Positions 1 through 10,384 of a DNA stretch of 64,000 bases are shown piece by piece. The DNA lies in NCBI GenBank assembly GCA_049512935.1, contig JBEKWR010000001.1, positions 157,791-221,790 on the forward strand. The letters are read 5' to 3'. Numbering within the stretch: position 1 is the first letter of the stretch; every line of letters starts with the position of its first letter. A model generated the notes under the pieces. The model worked only from the letters and a program-made list of their open reading frames with translations, made no database searches and was not told the origin of the DNA. The position numbers and the translations under genes are program-made. This DNA is from Candidatus Bathyarchaeia archaeon. GTDB taxonomy: Archaea; Thermoproteota; Bathyarchaeia; Bathyarchaeales; Bathycorpusculaceae.

Positions 1-225
1 AGGGTTGTCGATGAACGCGGGCAGCTCAGATGGGCTGGGCAGTTGGATGGCTGCTCTGACGTTCCTCACGAAGCTGTAAACGTTGTATTTGCATGATTCA
101 CAGTAGAGACCGCATGACTGGCAGAAGCAGGGGTCGTTGATTAGGTTGCGGATCACCCGTTCCATGAAGTCTTTGCTGTAAACAAACACTAAGGCTAAAG
201 GTTCCCCGCTGTCTTTTTTGCTCAC
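1..225 (-). CDS. DUF166-like protein, N-terminal part (runs off window start)
   Basis: Manually translated open frame from GTG at 225: MSKKDSGEPLALVFVYSKDFMERVIRNLINDPCFCQSCGLYCESCK...LPAFIDNP; no stop to position 1; resembles DUF166 N-terminus with a Cys-rich insert. Confidence 0.55.
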   Translation of the reverse strand, partial: MSKKDSGEPLALVFVYSKDFMERVIRNLINDPCFCQSCGLYCESCKYNVYSFVRNVRAAIQLPSPSELPAFIDNP

Positions 226-244
226 TCTGTGCTCTGCTCCCGTT

Positions 245-889
245 TTAGAAGGCGCCCAGCAGGACATGCTCAGCGAACAAATCTTCGTTGAACGCTCCTG
301 TGAACTCTATTTTCTCGTTAATTATGACTTTGGGCACGCCGATCACGTTGTACTTCAGGGCTAAATCGGGAAACTCGCCGCTGTCGATGACGTCAGCCTT
401 TACCAGGTCGCTTTCGACGGCTAACTTGTGCGCAACCGCGGCGGCTGCGGGGCAGTGAGGGCAGGTCAGGCTTACGAAGACTTGGATGTGAACTGGGTTT
501 TTAACTTCCTTCAGAATTGACTTGGTGTTTTCAGAAAGGTCAGTTGTCCCTTTGGAAACGATGAAGATTGCCTCTATCAGCGTTTGCAGCTCGTATCCGT
601 AGGGGATGCCGTAGATTCTCACGCCGTAATCTTTCTTGCCGATGATAGCTAACGCGGGAATCTTGTCAATTCCGTATTCCTTGGCTTTGGCGGCGTCGGC
701 GACAAAATCAAGAACCTCCAAAGTTATCTTGTCGCTGAGAGGCACCAACTCCTGAACCAGCGTTCTTGTTTGAGAGCAGTATTGGCATTCAATCTCCTGA
801 GTGAACATGACGATTTTGACTGGGTCAACCAGCTTCTCCTTGAAATCGGCTTTAAGCAGCTCTTTCTTGTCGTCTGGGATTAAACTCAA
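245..889 (-). CDS. Protein disulfide oxidoreductase (two thioredoxin folds, AhpF-NTD/PDO family)
   Basis: Two CxxC motifs (CQYC, CPHC), GIPYGYE and VIGVPK cis-Pro motifs. Confidence 0.92.
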   Translation of the reverse strand: MSLIPDDKKELLKADFKEKLVDPVKIVMFTQEIECQYCSQTRTLVQELVPLSDKITLEVLDFVADAAKAKEYGIDKIPALAIIGKKDYGVRIYGIPYGYELQTLIEAIFIVSKGTTDLSENTKSILKEVKNPVHIQVFVSLTCPHCPAAAAVAHKLAVESDLVKADVIDSGEFPDLALKYNVIGVPKVIINEKIEFTGAFNEDLFAEHVLLGAF

Positions 890-1190
890 AACCTAAGCCT
901 CCAAAACCTCCGTCGAATTCCAATATTAAACTGGATGCACAGGCATATAACGATTCTTGATTTTTTGAGCAGGCATACATGGGATTGTTTTCGTGCGGGT
1001 CTTTTTTGGATTTGACGGTTTTTTAGGGATTTTTGTGTCCGATTTAGGCGTGTTCTCTTGTTTTTTTAAGTTGCGACTTTTGGAGCGGGCGGCATTCTTG
1101 ATTTAGAAGTTTTTGATCGTTTGTGGACTGCGGTTTTTGTTTTTAGCCAACTGACTGCCCTTAATTGATTTTAGTTTTCGCTAAGAGAGC

Positions 1191-1445
1191 TTATTTCCAA
1201 AATACTTCTCGATATGTTAGCTTTAACTTTCTTTTCAAATAAGTGAAGCCGACGCCAAAAACTAAAGGCCAAGTGAGTAGCAGAGCTATGCTCTTTACAA
1301 CATATACCGGGAAACTATCTACTTTGCCGTTAGATGAGAACAGGGCAAAAGTGAGAACCAAAAAGTATACTGCAGCTCCGATAGTTAGATTTTTTTTTCT
1401 TAACCTGTGAAGTTGCGTATATTTTGATTGATTGCTTGCCATCAA
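1191..1445 (-). CDS. Small two-TM membrane protein, AT-rich
   Basis: 84 aa ORF with two hydrophobic helices. Confidence 0.45.
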   Translation of the reverse strand: MMASNQSKYTQLHRLRKKNLTIGAAVYFLVLTFALFSSNGKVDSFPVYVVKSIALLLTWPLVFGVGFTYLKRKLKLTYREVFWK

Positions 1446-2591
1446 AAAATTGAGTATAATCTACTGCTATATAAGATTTTAGCGATTTCCTTCTTCCACA
1501 TGCCGCAAATATCAATACCTCTATGGACCGACATAGCGGCTTAGAATTGCAAACTATTAGAAAAAGATTAGCCCAACCTGTGGGCGCTCCTCCCTCCTTG
1601 TGCGCCCCTCCTCGTGCGTGTCTCGCCTCCATTGTGTGTGTGACTGTGTGATTGTGATTGTAGCTGGTTGTAGTTAGTTCAAAGAGAGAGGGTTAAGTTT
1701 TACTATCAACCGCGCCTCCATGTGCCGGCCAATGGGGATGTCCGTGCCCTTCATCATTACACTGCGACGCCAATACAGACTTATCGCACGAAGAATCTCC
1801 CCTCCACGCGGCAACAGCGCCTAAACAACGGAAAAAGCAAGCGCCAAAAACTAATTTCAAAAAATAACCTGCCGCCCCACGCTCATCCTTCGCCATCCGC
1901 TAAACACCACGAAAACAAACACGCCGCCAAACCGAAACGCCCATAACCGACAATAACTTCAACATGCACTCAACATTGAAAGTCGCAAAGCGCCCATCCC
2001 GAAAGTCGCAACCCACAGCAACCTTCAAACCCCAAACCAAAAACAAAGCCCAAAAAAACGGTTAGGCTGGCTGCCGCTTGCTAGGAGCCGTGTGATGGAG
2101 GAATCATGGCTAACCTTGCTTCTTGGCAAAGACATTTAGTTTCATTTATGAAAGGAAAAAAGGGGACAGAAAAGCGAATAAAAAAGAATCAAACATAGAG
2201 CAATTTGAACCGAGCAAACAGCGGGTTTACGGCTTTTTGCTTCTTTTTCCAGCCGCGTCATTTCTCTTGGGCTGCAGATGCCTTTCATGCGCATAAAGAT
2301 GAATGCCCCCAAGACGCTCCAGTGGGAAAAAAATCTTTATTTTCTATAGACGTGGTAATTGTCGAATAAGACATCAACACGATAGAGCGATACTTCAAAG
2401 TGTATGCGAGAAGTGCATTCGCGGTAAATTACGGTATTTCCTTGACTGATGCGACTTTCCATATTGAACCATATGCAGGCGGCATTGTCGGTTACGGGCG
2501 GGGCTCGATTTACGGGCTGAACAAAAGCCATATAAACAATCGCGAACTATCAAACCTTGATTTTTGCGTTCTCAAAATGGAGATGTGAAAT

Positions 2592-3011
2592 TTGACAACG
2601 AAAATGCATGCAAACGCCAAATTGATTGAGGGCTTCCAAATCCTGCTCGACGACGGCGAGTCCCACAGTTACGTGGTGGATCTTGCCCCTGACTTGGGAA
2701 CGGGGCTGGGAGCTTCTTCCCTTGAACTTTGCGTTATGAGCCACGCGGGCTGCTACGTCACAATTCTTGCATTGGTGGCTAAGAAGATGCATATGGCATT
2801 GATAGGAGCCAAAGTCAAGGTGGAAGCCGTGAAGTCGGATGAAACTGGGACTGTCAGCGAGGAAACCTTTGACATTAGCCTCAAGATTGACGCGCCGAAG
2901 GATAGGGTTGAGCGGCTTCACAGGTTGGCGCTTGAAACGTGCCCTGTCGGAATACTTTTTGGGAAGGCAGGAGTTAAAGTAAATTACAAGTTAAACGTGA
3001 TAAAGGAGTAG
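2592..3011 (+). CDS. OsmC/Ohr family protein
   Basis: G-A-S-S-L-E...AGC and C-terminal CPV conserved Cys pair. Confidence 0.85.
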   Translation: MTTKMHANAKLIEGFQILLDDGESHSYVVDLAPDLGTGLGASSLELCVMSHAGCYVTILALVAKKMHMALIGAKVKVEAVKSDETGTVSEETFDISLKIDAPKDRVERLHRLALETCPVGILFGKAGVKVNYKLNVIKE

Positions 3012-3018
3012 ATGAATC

Positions 3019-4206
3019 ATGTCAAACGTCGTTTTGAAAGAAGGCGTAAACTGGGTTGGAGTTATCGACTGGAACTTACGGGACTTTCACGGTTACGTCA
3101 CCCGTCGAGGCACCAGCTACAACGCGTACCTGATAAGAGACGAGAAAACAGCCCTCATTGATACGGTGAAATACAATTTCGCCGAAGAGCTGGCGCGGAA
3201 CATTACGGAGTTGACAAGCTTTGAAAAAATCGATTACATCGTCGTTAACCATGTGGAGATGGATCATTCAGGCAGCTTCCCCGAAATCGCGAAGCTGGCG
3301 AAGAACGCCAAGATAATCGCGTGCCAAAGAGGAAAAGACGCGCTTATTGAGCATTACGGCGAGGAGTTCAGCAGGGTTGAAGTCGTCAAGACAGGCGACG
3401 AGCTTAAACTGGGCAAGCACACGCTGCGTTTCCTTGAAACACCAATGCTGCATTGGCCAGACAGCATGTTCACTTACCTCGTGGAAGACAAAATCCTGTT
3501 TTCAAACGACGCTTTCGGCGAGCACTACGCAACCTCGGAACGCTTCGACGACGAAGTTGACCAGCAGGAGCTCATGGAGGAAGCAAAAACTTACTACGCG
3601 AACATCTTGACGCCCTTTGCGCCACTCATCACCCGAAAAATCCAGGAGGTCGTTCAGATGGGCATCCCCATCGAAATTATCGCGCCTGACCACGGCGTGA
3701 TTTGGCGGAAAAACCCATCCAAAATCATCAACGCCTACTTGCAGTGGAGCGCGTTCACCTCTGTGCAGAAGGTCATAATTGTTTTTGATACGATGTGGGG
3801 AAGCACGGACAAGATGGCGCGAGCCATAGAAGAAGGGGTAGCCAGCGAGGGCGTAGAAGTTAAAGTTCTAAAGCTGCGGGCAACGGACAGCACCGACGTC
3901 GTAACGGAAATACTCGACGCCAAAGCAGTCATTGTGGGTTCCCCGACGCTTAACAGTGGCATGTTTTCGACGCTGGGTTCTTTCTTGACTTACGTAACGG
4001 GGCTGAAGCCTAGAGGCAAACTGTGGGCGTTCTTCGGCTCCTACGGATGGGGCGGCGGCGCAGTCAGAGGCATGGTTGAAATGGCGAAGAAAGTAGGCTT
4101 CGAAGTTTACGAGCCAACCGTTGAGGTAAAGTATGTTCCTGACGCGGAAGACTTGAAGAAATGTTTTGATTTCGGGCAGCAAATAGCTCAGAAAATCAAA
4201 GCTTAG
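3019..4206 (+). CDS. fprA: Flavodiiron protein (FprA / A-type flavoprotein)
   Basis: HVEMDHSG, LHWPD, DAFG and HG metal motifs plus C-terminal flavodoxin domain (TMWGST, GSYGW). Confidence 0.95.
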   Translation: MSNVVLKEGVNWVGVIDWNLRDFHGYVTRRGTSYNAYLIRDEKTALIDTVKYNFAEELARNITELTSFEKIDYIVVNHVEMDHSGSFPEIAKLAKNAKIIACQRGKDALIEHYGEEFSRVEVVKTGDELKLGKHTLRFLETPMLHWPDSMFTYLVEDKILFSNDAFGEHYATSERFDDEVDQQELMEEAKTYYANILTPFAPLITRKIQEVVQMGIPIEIIAPDHGVIWRKNPSKIINAYLQWSAFTSVQKVIIVFDTMWGSTDKMARAIEEGVASEGVEVKVLKLRATDSTDVVTEILDAKAVIVGSPTLNSGMFSTLGSFLTYVTGLKPRGKLWAFFGSYGWGGGAVRGMVEMAKKVGFEVYEPTVEVKYVPDAEDLKKCFDFGQQIAQKIKA

Positions 4207-4277
4207 CCCTTTCCTTCCCTTTTGCATCTGCTTTCGGAAAAATAGAAAAAATAAAAACAAAATTGGGGTGACAGCGC

Positions 4278-4781
4278 CTATTGTATCAACTTGAATTTTG
4301 CTTTCGGCGTGCCGCAGATCGGGCACTTGTCAGGCGCGCTGCCTTCAAACGTGTTTCCGCAGACGGGGCACACCCAGTAATCCGCTTTCGCTGGCTCCTT
4401 TTTGTTCTTCAAAGCGTCAAGAGCTTTCTGGTACATGCCCGCGTGGATTTCCTCAACTTTGTTCGCGTATTCGAAGCTGACTTGGGCTTTTTTGTTTCCA
4501 GCTTTCATAGCTTCAGCGATAAACTCAGGGTACATTTTCTTGAACTCATACGTTTCGCCGCTGATGGCTGTGCTAAGGTTGTCGCTGGTTGATTTCACGT
4601 GCCCCATCACTTGGAAGTGGTTGAGCGCGTGCACCGTTTCCGCCTCAGCTGCCGCCCTGAAAAGTTTAGCAATCTGGGGAAAGCCTTCCTCGTCTGCCTT
4701 CTTAGCAAAAGCCAGATACATTCGGTTAGCTTGGGATTCGCCTGCGAAGGCATCTTTTAGGTTCTCATCGGTTTTAGTCAT
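4278..4781 (-). CDS. rbr: Rubrerythrin
   Basis: AFAGESQA, ExxH diiron motifs, C-terminal rubredoxin CPVC...CPIC. Confidence 0.95.
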   Translation of the reverse strand: MTKTDENLKDAFAGESQANRMYLAFAKKADEEGFPQIAKLFRAAAEAETVHALNHFQVMGHVKSTSDNLSTAISGETYEFKKMYPEFIAEAMKAGNKKAQVSFEYANKVEEIHAGMYQKALDALKNKKEPAKADYWVCPVCGNTFEGSAPDKCPICGTPKAKFKLIQ

Positions 4782-4990
4782 ATCAAAATCACCGCAGAAT
4801 ACTAAACCACATTAAGGTTATAAGCTAAACGGATTTAGCCCAAATTTCTGTTAAGGGATACTGTTAAGTGATTTGTCATGACCGAAACCTTGCAACTTCC
4901 GTGATTACCCCCGATAGCCAAACCTTATAACCAAACTCAATTAAATCTATCAGTTATTGCCGCTAAACCGAGAGGGGGCAAACCTTAATC

Positions 4991-5536
4991 GTGCTCGAAG
5001 TCCCACATTTCGGACAAGCCACTGACCATCACTGTGTTCCTACTTGCCAGAAAATGGTTATAGAATATGCGAGACAAACTCTTGGTGTTGACTGCCCTGT
5101 TTTGTCGATTAAGAAAATCGCTAGAATTACAAGAATAGACAGAGATGGTGTTGTCCCAGAGTATGCAGAGAAGGTCAATGAACTTCTAAGAAGAACCAAG
5201 CCACCGATGAAATTCCAAACTCAATTTGGTGCCGAATTTAATGATATAACAAATGAGCTTAAGGAAAACAGACCAGTGATAGCACTGATAAACACAAGGG
5301 AACCGCCAGATGAGTTGGTTCATGCGGTAATCATTGTTGACTTTGTGCCAAATCGGATTTGGTATCATGACCCTGATGAAGACGAGAAACATGCGGTTAA
5401 AGCCTTAGAAGTTGGTGTTTTTATGAGTATGTGGGGATGGAAAAATAGGTTGATAAAGCTTTTAATATCTAAGCAACAACAGACAACTATCGGAGATTAC
5501 AACAAGCAAGACCAAATGGAGGATGACCAAGAGTGA
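4991..5536 (+). CDS. Peptidase C39-like (papain-fold) protein
   Basis: VPHFGQ...CVPTC (Q, Cys), RPVIALI, HAVII (His), YHDP (Asp). Confidence 0.75.
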   Translation: MLEVPHFGQATDHHCVPTCQKMVIEYARQTLGVDCPVLSIKKIARITRIDRDGVVPEYAEKVNELLRRTKPPMKFQTQFGAEFNDITNELKENRPVIALINTREPPDELVHAVIIVDFVPNRIWYHDPDEDEKHAVKALEVGVFMSMWGWKNRLIKLLISKQQQTTIGDYNKQDQMEDDQE

Positions 5537-6492
5537 CAATGGCTGACCAAGTAGTGCAAAGATATGCCTTCTCACACTACGGTCATCTAATCTTGGTTGA
5601 TGAGCCAGTCTTTGACGAAAGTGAAAACTGTTATCTATCGAATCTACGTTCTGACTATCCTTTTACAATCAAAGATGACAAACTACCGAATGAGCGGTCA
5701 GTTTGTCTATTAAAGATGGATCACCTTGGTTGCATAGCGGTTGGAAAGGACTTTAAGATTATCCAAGACAAGACAACAGCAAGAATTGATTGCATAAAAA
5801 ACATTGACTCATTCTTTGAAGCGTGGAAAAGAAGAGCTGAGCAAATTGTTATTTCAGAATCCGCCAACAACCTCGCTCGGATAACTCGCTTTGAACACTT
5901 TTTCGAGCCAGTTGATTCTATCCTTGGAGCTTTGTGGAAATACCACTTTGTGGATGATGTGGAAGTCAAAGCAGAACCAATTATTGAACGGAGAAACAAG
6001 CTTAAGTTGTATCTGGAATTGCTAGAGGGGCTCAAGATTGTTCGCAGAGTTTACAAAGGTTATGAAGAGGGACCATTATCACTATTCCTCAGAGATGAGA
6101 AACAGGCTAAAGAACGACCCTGTAATAGGGAAATATACAGGAACCGAGTTATAGCTGCACTCATAAGAGATAGATATACGACTTTAAGAGATGTTTTCAA
6201 GTTAACAATTTTTGAACGCACAGTACACTTTGATAATTGCGTTTATCTCCCTGAGATCGAGACGAATAAACCAGTTTACCGAACGGTAGAGTCAATGCAA
6301 AACCAGTACAAAAGATTCTATGGACAGAAAATTAGTAAGATGACTACAGAACTAATTTTAGATCAGCTTAAGGAAGTAGATGCAATCAAACACGATGGCA
6401 AGCACTATTTCGGCAATGAAACTCTAAGACGAAAAATGATTATGGTTAAAGAAAAAACTCCCTTGATCAGTCGGGAGTTTTGTTTTAGATAG
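5533..6492 (+). CDS. Hypothetical protein, coupled to C39-like peptidase
   Basis: 319 aa ORF; GTGA overlap with upstream stop; AT-rich. Confidence 0.75.
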   Translation: MTMADQVVQRYAFSHYGHLILVDEPVFDESENCYLSNLRSDYPFTIKDDKLPNERSVCLLKMDHLGCIAVGKDFKIIQDKTTARIDCIKNIDSFFEAWKRRAEQIVISESANNLARITRFEHFFEPVDSILGALWKYHFVDDVEVKAEPIIERRNKLKLYLELLEGLKIVRRVYKGYEEGPLSLFLRDEKQAKERPCNREIYRNRVIAALIRDRYTTLRDVFKLTIFERTVHFDNCVYLPEIETNKPVYRTVESMQNQYKRFYGQKISKMTTELILDQLKEVDAIKHDGKHYFGNETLRRKMIMVKEKTPLISREFCFR

Positions 6493-6614
6493 CTATTTTT
6501 CTTTTTGTCTCTTTTTCCCTATTTCGTCAGGGCAAATCACTTAACAGTATCCTTTTAAGGCAAAGTATATTAGTTGTTTTTCCCTTAGGTTTGTTTCAGT
6601 TTTTGGTGAATTTT

Positions 6615-7229
6615 ATGGAGAAAGTAAAATCGTTTAGTCTACCAAAACTGCCCTACGACTACAATGCCCTTGAACCCTACATTTCCGAGACGCAGCTAAA
6701 ACTCCACCATGACAAGCACCACCAAGCCTACGTGAACGGCGCAAACGCGGACTTCGAAAAACTTGACAAGGCACGAAAAGAAAACGCCGAAGTCGACATG
6801 AAAGCCGTCATGAAAGACTTATCCTTCAACGTCGGCGGACACCTCTTGCACTCGATCTTTTGGGAAAACATGGCGCCCGCAGGCAAAGGCGGCGGAGGAC
6901 AACCTGGCGGAGCCTTAGCCGATGCAATCAACAAGGAATATGGAAGTTTCGAACAGTTCAAGAAAGAATTCACGAAAGCCGCGGCAACCACGGAAGGTTC
7001 AGGTTGGGCTGCCTTAGCTGTTCACCCATGCATAGAGAGACCGCTGATAATGCAGATTGAGAAGCACAACGTCAACGTTTACCCATCATTCAAAATCCTA
7101 ATGGTCCTGGACGTTTGGGAACACGCGTACTACGTTGACTACAAGAACGAGCGCGCCAAATACATCGAAGCCTTCTGGAACGTCGTCAACTGGGACCGCA
7201 TAAGCAAAACCCTAAGCCTCCAAAAATAA
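6615..7229 (+). CDS. sod: Fe/Mn superoxide dismutase
   Basis: [27 protein letters not shown] at 6615 follows GGTGA SD. Confidence 0.97.
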   Translation: MEKVKSFSLPKLPYDYNALEPYISETQLKLHHDKHHQAYVNGANADFEKLDKARKENAEVDMKAVMKDLSFNVGGHLLHSIFWENMAPAGKGGGGQPGGALADAINKEYGSFEQFKKEFTKAAATTEGSGWAALAVHPCIERPLIMQIEKHNVNVYPSFKILMVLDVWEHAYYVDYKNERAKYIEAFWNVVNWDRISKTLSLQK

Positions 7230-7287
7230 AACCTTAAAACAACCAATCTTTTTTCTACCATTTCTTAACCCGAGTTTAAGAAACGTT

Positions 7288-7947
7288 TCAGTTTCCGCTT
7301 TCCAAGCTTTTAAGCAGGTCCCTTTGCCGTTTACTAAGGACCGAGGATAACCCTTTTTGAAGGTAGATGGACACTGCGGCTATGCTTTTTGTCGGGTCAT
7401 TTCTCATCTTTATTGAATACAGGTGAACAAGTTTGGTTCCCACCTGCTCCTTAGAAATCTGCCCCGCGGTAATTCTCATCGCTAGTGAAACAGCGTCGTT
7501 AATCGAGCTGCCCGCGGCGACTATCCTGATTTTTTCAAATTTTGCAAGCCGCAGAAGGCTTATCGTGAGAAGCCGCTCCATACTTGCCGCCCTGCTTACG
7601 CTGACGGTTTGTTCCTCGACGTCTTCAAAGCCCTTTTCCTCTTGTTCTGCTGCTTGTGCGTAATCCCCAATTTGCTTTTGCCCCAGATGCACGGAAATGG
7701 CGGATGCTTTGCCCAGCGCTGGCGACTCCAGGTTCCCGATGAATATGTCTTCAACATAGACTTTAGCGATTTCTGACGCCATGTTCACGGCTGAACAAGC
7801 CAGAAAAATCCCGTCGTTCACTCCCACAACGTCAACTTCTCCAGATTCCATTATGCAGGAGATTATTTCTTCAACAACATCCGTGGTTTTTGCTGAAGCG
7901 TCAGAGGGAAGAACCGTAATGACTTTGCCGTTTTGTTCGGGACTCAT
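7288..7947 (-). CDS. Tandem Alba-like domain protein
   Basis: Two repeats resembling Alba (VDVVGVNDGIFLACSAV; IRIVAAGSSINDAVSLA...SIAAVSIYL). Confidence 0.6.
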   Translation of the reverse strand: MSPEQNGKVITVLPSDASAKTTDVVEEIISCIMESGEVDVVGVNDGIFLACSAVNMASEIAKVYVEDIFIGNLESPALGKASAISVHLGQKQIGDYAQAAEQEEKGFEDVEEQTVSVSRAASMERLLTISLLRLAKFEKIRIVAAGSSINDAVSLAMRITAGQISKEQVGTKLVHLYSIKMRNDPTKSIAAVSIYLQKGLSSVLSKRQRDLLKSLESGN

Positions 7948-8032
7948 AGGTGATGCACTAAGCAGCTATTTGGAGCGTCTGCTAATATAACACTTGCCAC
8001 TTTTTCCAAAAAAAAATAAAAACGGGCGCCGC

Positions 8033-8359
8033 TCAATGCGGAGTTATCTTTATCGCTTGAGCGGGACACTGCATTTCACAGGCAAGGCACTGGATGCAGT
8101 CGTTTTCTTTTACGGGGTCAGATTTGCGTTCTGAAAGCGGGTGCCCAGGAGATTCAGCCCACTCGTACAGAGAAACGGGGCAGACGTCGATGCATACGCC
8201 GTCTCCAATGCATGAATCCCAGTCTACGGCGCTCGTTGTTCCGTGGATTCCCAGTTTCTCAGGAGCTACAACTGGTCCCCAAACTTTGTGTCCGTTATGT
8301 TCGCCGACAACTTGGCGTTTTGTTTGAAAATCAGGGTCGATAGGCAAAAATTTCACCAC
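8033..8359 (-). CDS. zfx: Zinc-containing 7Fe-type ferredoxin
   Basis: GEHNGHKVWGP...LGIHG N-terminal extension; CIGDGVC...CP and CIQCLAC...CP motifs. Confidence 0.85.
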   Translation of the reverse strand: MVKFLPIDPDFQTKRQVVGEHNGHKVWGPVVAPEKLGIHGTTSAVDWDSCIGDGVCIDVCPVSLYEWAESPGHPLSERKSDPVKENDCIQCLACEMQCPAQAIKITPH

Positions 8360-8430
8360 TGAAAATTTACGGAACGCATAATATTAAGGGTTTCTACCTA
8401 CCTTACGTTTGGTTTAGAGCCGTGGTTTGA

Positions 8431-9210
8431 ATGGTTCAATATTTCCTGCCCAAGGGCATGAGGTACTCAACTCTTGACGAGAGAAAGGAATTCTACAGCG
8501 AAGAATTCGATGCTCAAAAGGTAGTTGACTGGCTGCGTGGTTGGCAGGGCAAGGTGCACTTTGCAGTGATTATCGGTAGACACACAAAAATTTACCCTGA
8601 AAAGTACAAAGAAGACGCCTCAACAACGATAATAATCGACGACTACACGGACCTGCAAGATGTTAGGCGGCAAATCATCGAGTTTCTGCCTGAAGCCGTT
8701 TACTATGACCGAAACGTCTACGACCAAAGCGGAGCCAAAACGGGGCAGGAGCTCGCGTTTGACCTTGACCCAGAAAACATCACCTGCCCAATCCACGGCA
8801 GCCTCGCCGACAAGATGAAGCGCAATCAAGGGTTAAGCTTCTGCGAGTTGGAGCTTGAGATGGTTAAGCGGGAAGCCGTGGGTCTTTACGAGTTTCTTGC
8901 TGAGCGCTTTTCTGAGGTGAGGGCTGTTTATTCTGGCAGGGGCTTTCACCTTCACGTTTTAGACAAAAAAGCCTGCACTTTAAGCAGCAGAGAAAGGCTT
9001 GGTCTCGCGCAGCAAGTGAAAGGCGCTGGCTTTCACATTGACGAGTGGGTGACCTCGGGCGAAATGCGCCTAATACGCTTGCCCTACAGCCTGAACGGCT
9101 TAGTGTCGAGAATTGTGTTACCACTAACCAAGCGGGAACTTGAAAGCTTCGACGCCGTCCACGACCCGCGGTGCCTGCCAAAATTCCTGAGCGAAAAGCC
9201 TACTTTTTGA
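8431..9210 (+). CDS. Archaeo-eukaryotic primase small-subunit-like protein
   Basis: ELAFDLD, YSGRGFH and RLIRLPYS AEP motifs. Confidence 0.85.
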   Translation: MVQYFLPKGMRYSTLDERKEFYSEEFDAQKVVDWLRGWQGKVHFAVIIGRHTKIYPEKYKEDASTTIIIDDYTDLQDVRRQIIEFLPEAVYYDRNVYDQSGAKTGQELAFDLDPENITCPIHGSLADKMKRNQGLSFCELELEMVKREAVGLYEFLAERFSEVRAVYSGRGFHLHVLDKKACTLSSRERLGLAQQVKGAGFHIDEWVTSGEMRLIRLPYSLNGLVSRIVLPLTKRELESFDAVHDPRCLPKFLSEKPTF

Positions 9211-9371
9211 CTTCTTTGGCTTTTTTCTCTTTTTTGGCGTAGTAGGCTTTCTTTTTCTTCTCCTCTTCTGCTTTTGTTGGTTTGGCTGGTTTTGCTTTTT
9301 TTGCCATGATAATCCTCAAAACAACTCACCGCTAACTATGATAAAAGCTTTTCAGAGCGGCACAGGAGGGC

Positions 9372-9554
9372 TTACTCTTCAAAGATGAAAACAGCCTCTA
9401 TCTTAGAATCTAACGCTTTTGCAATATCATAAGCCAGTTTCAGTGAGGGGTTGTATTTGCCCTTTTCCAAGAAAAGAATCGTCTCCCGCCTCACCCCTAC
9501 CTTGTGCGCAAGCTGCTCCTGCGTCAAATGATGCTCTTCCCTCAGCTCTTTCAT
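9372..9554 (-). CDS. XRE/Cro HTH transcriptional regulator
   Basis: LTQEQLA...GVRRETI...[10 protein letters not shown]. Confidence 0.9.
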   Translation of the reverse strand: MKELREEHHLTQEQLAHKVGVRRETILFLEKGKYNPSLKLAYDIAKALDSKIEAVFIFEE

Positions 9555-9574
9555 CCTTGTCTTAAGCGGTATGG

Positions 9575-9928
9575 CTAGTCTCCTCTCCAGTCATAGTACA
9601 CAAAGAAACCGACGAAGCTCAACAGTGTTGCGACAGGAATCAATTCCACGGCCAAAGTGAAGAAGCTTGCGTTTCTGAAAATGGATATGACCAACATTAG
9701 GGGGATCAGCAGCACGAAGAATGCGTTGCGGCTTGATTTGGTGACGTTGGAAGCCCATCTTTCATCGCTTAGTACGGTTCCTTCCTTGGTTTTGGGCCTG
9801 GCAAACGCGAAGAAGAAAAACATCAAGAAAAATATGTAGTAAACCGAGTTGCCGGGCAGGAACCCGACGAAGCCTGCGAATCCAAAGAAGCCGAGGAGTC
9901 GTTCGTTAATTTTTATCGCCAATGGCAA
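9575..9928 (-). CDS. Membrane protein (DUF3796/DUF2178-like)
   Basis: [14 protein letters not shown] motif, TM helices; next to XRE HTH. Confidence 0.7.
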   Translation of the reverse strand: MPLAIKINERLLGFFGFAGFVGFLPGNSVYYIFFLMFFFFAFARPKTKEGTVLSDERWASNVTKSSRNAFFVLLIPLMLVISIFRNASFFTLAVELIPVATLLSFVGFFVYYDWRGD

Positions 9929-9939
9929 CGCCTCATTTG

Positions 9940-10239
9940 TTAGAGTTTAATTAGCCCGAGAGCCCATAGCGCTGGAGCGAGTAAGCCTGCAACGCCCAAG
10001 ACGCTGAGGTACTTGAGCTCGTCTTTGAAGTAGTGGAAAAGCCCAAAGAAGACAAAGAACCCGAACAGAAACAGGTATAATGGATTGTGGCTGGAAAACG
10101 CTCTGAACGCTTCGAAGCCGATGAATCCTGAGAAGCCGTAGAAGCCGAGTGTCCATCTTCGCCCGCTGAATCTTCCGTAAGAGTTCGGTCTTGGAAGGTT
10201 TGTGGGGATTTGGTTTATTTGGTTGCTTTTTTTAGTCAT
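9940..10239 (-). CDS. Small membrane protein
   Basis: GFYGFSGFIGF motif similar to neighbour; hydrophobic. Confidence 0.65.
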   Translation of the reverse strand: MTKKSNQINQIPTNLPRPNSYGRFSGRRWTLGFYGFSGFIGFEAFRAFSSHNPLYLFLFGFFVFFGLFHYFKDELKYLSVLGVAGLLAPALWALGLIKL

Positions 10240-10258
10240 GCTGGGTCTCCGCTTTGAT

Positions 10259-10290
10259 GTTAAGTATTTCTAACGTTAGATATTTCTAAC
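10259..10290. promoter_or_regulatory. Tandem pseudo-palindromic operator pair
   Basis: GTTAAGTATTTCTAAC immediately followed by GTTAGATATTTCTAAC, upstream of the operon encoding the XRE regulator. Confidence 0.55.
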
Positions 10291-10384
10291 ATCACTTTTA
10301 AGCTTTACGCATCAACAACCCGTCAGCTTTCAAGCAACGAAACAGAAAAGGAAAACTACCACGAAAGCTAAAACTATCGTTAAG

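Noticed and set aside
1330-2921. ORFs 1330-1632, 1693-1896, 1722-1946, 2337-2531, 2400-2588 and 2550-2921
   Set aside because: Low-complexity or antisense ORFs without motifs or SD; likely spurious
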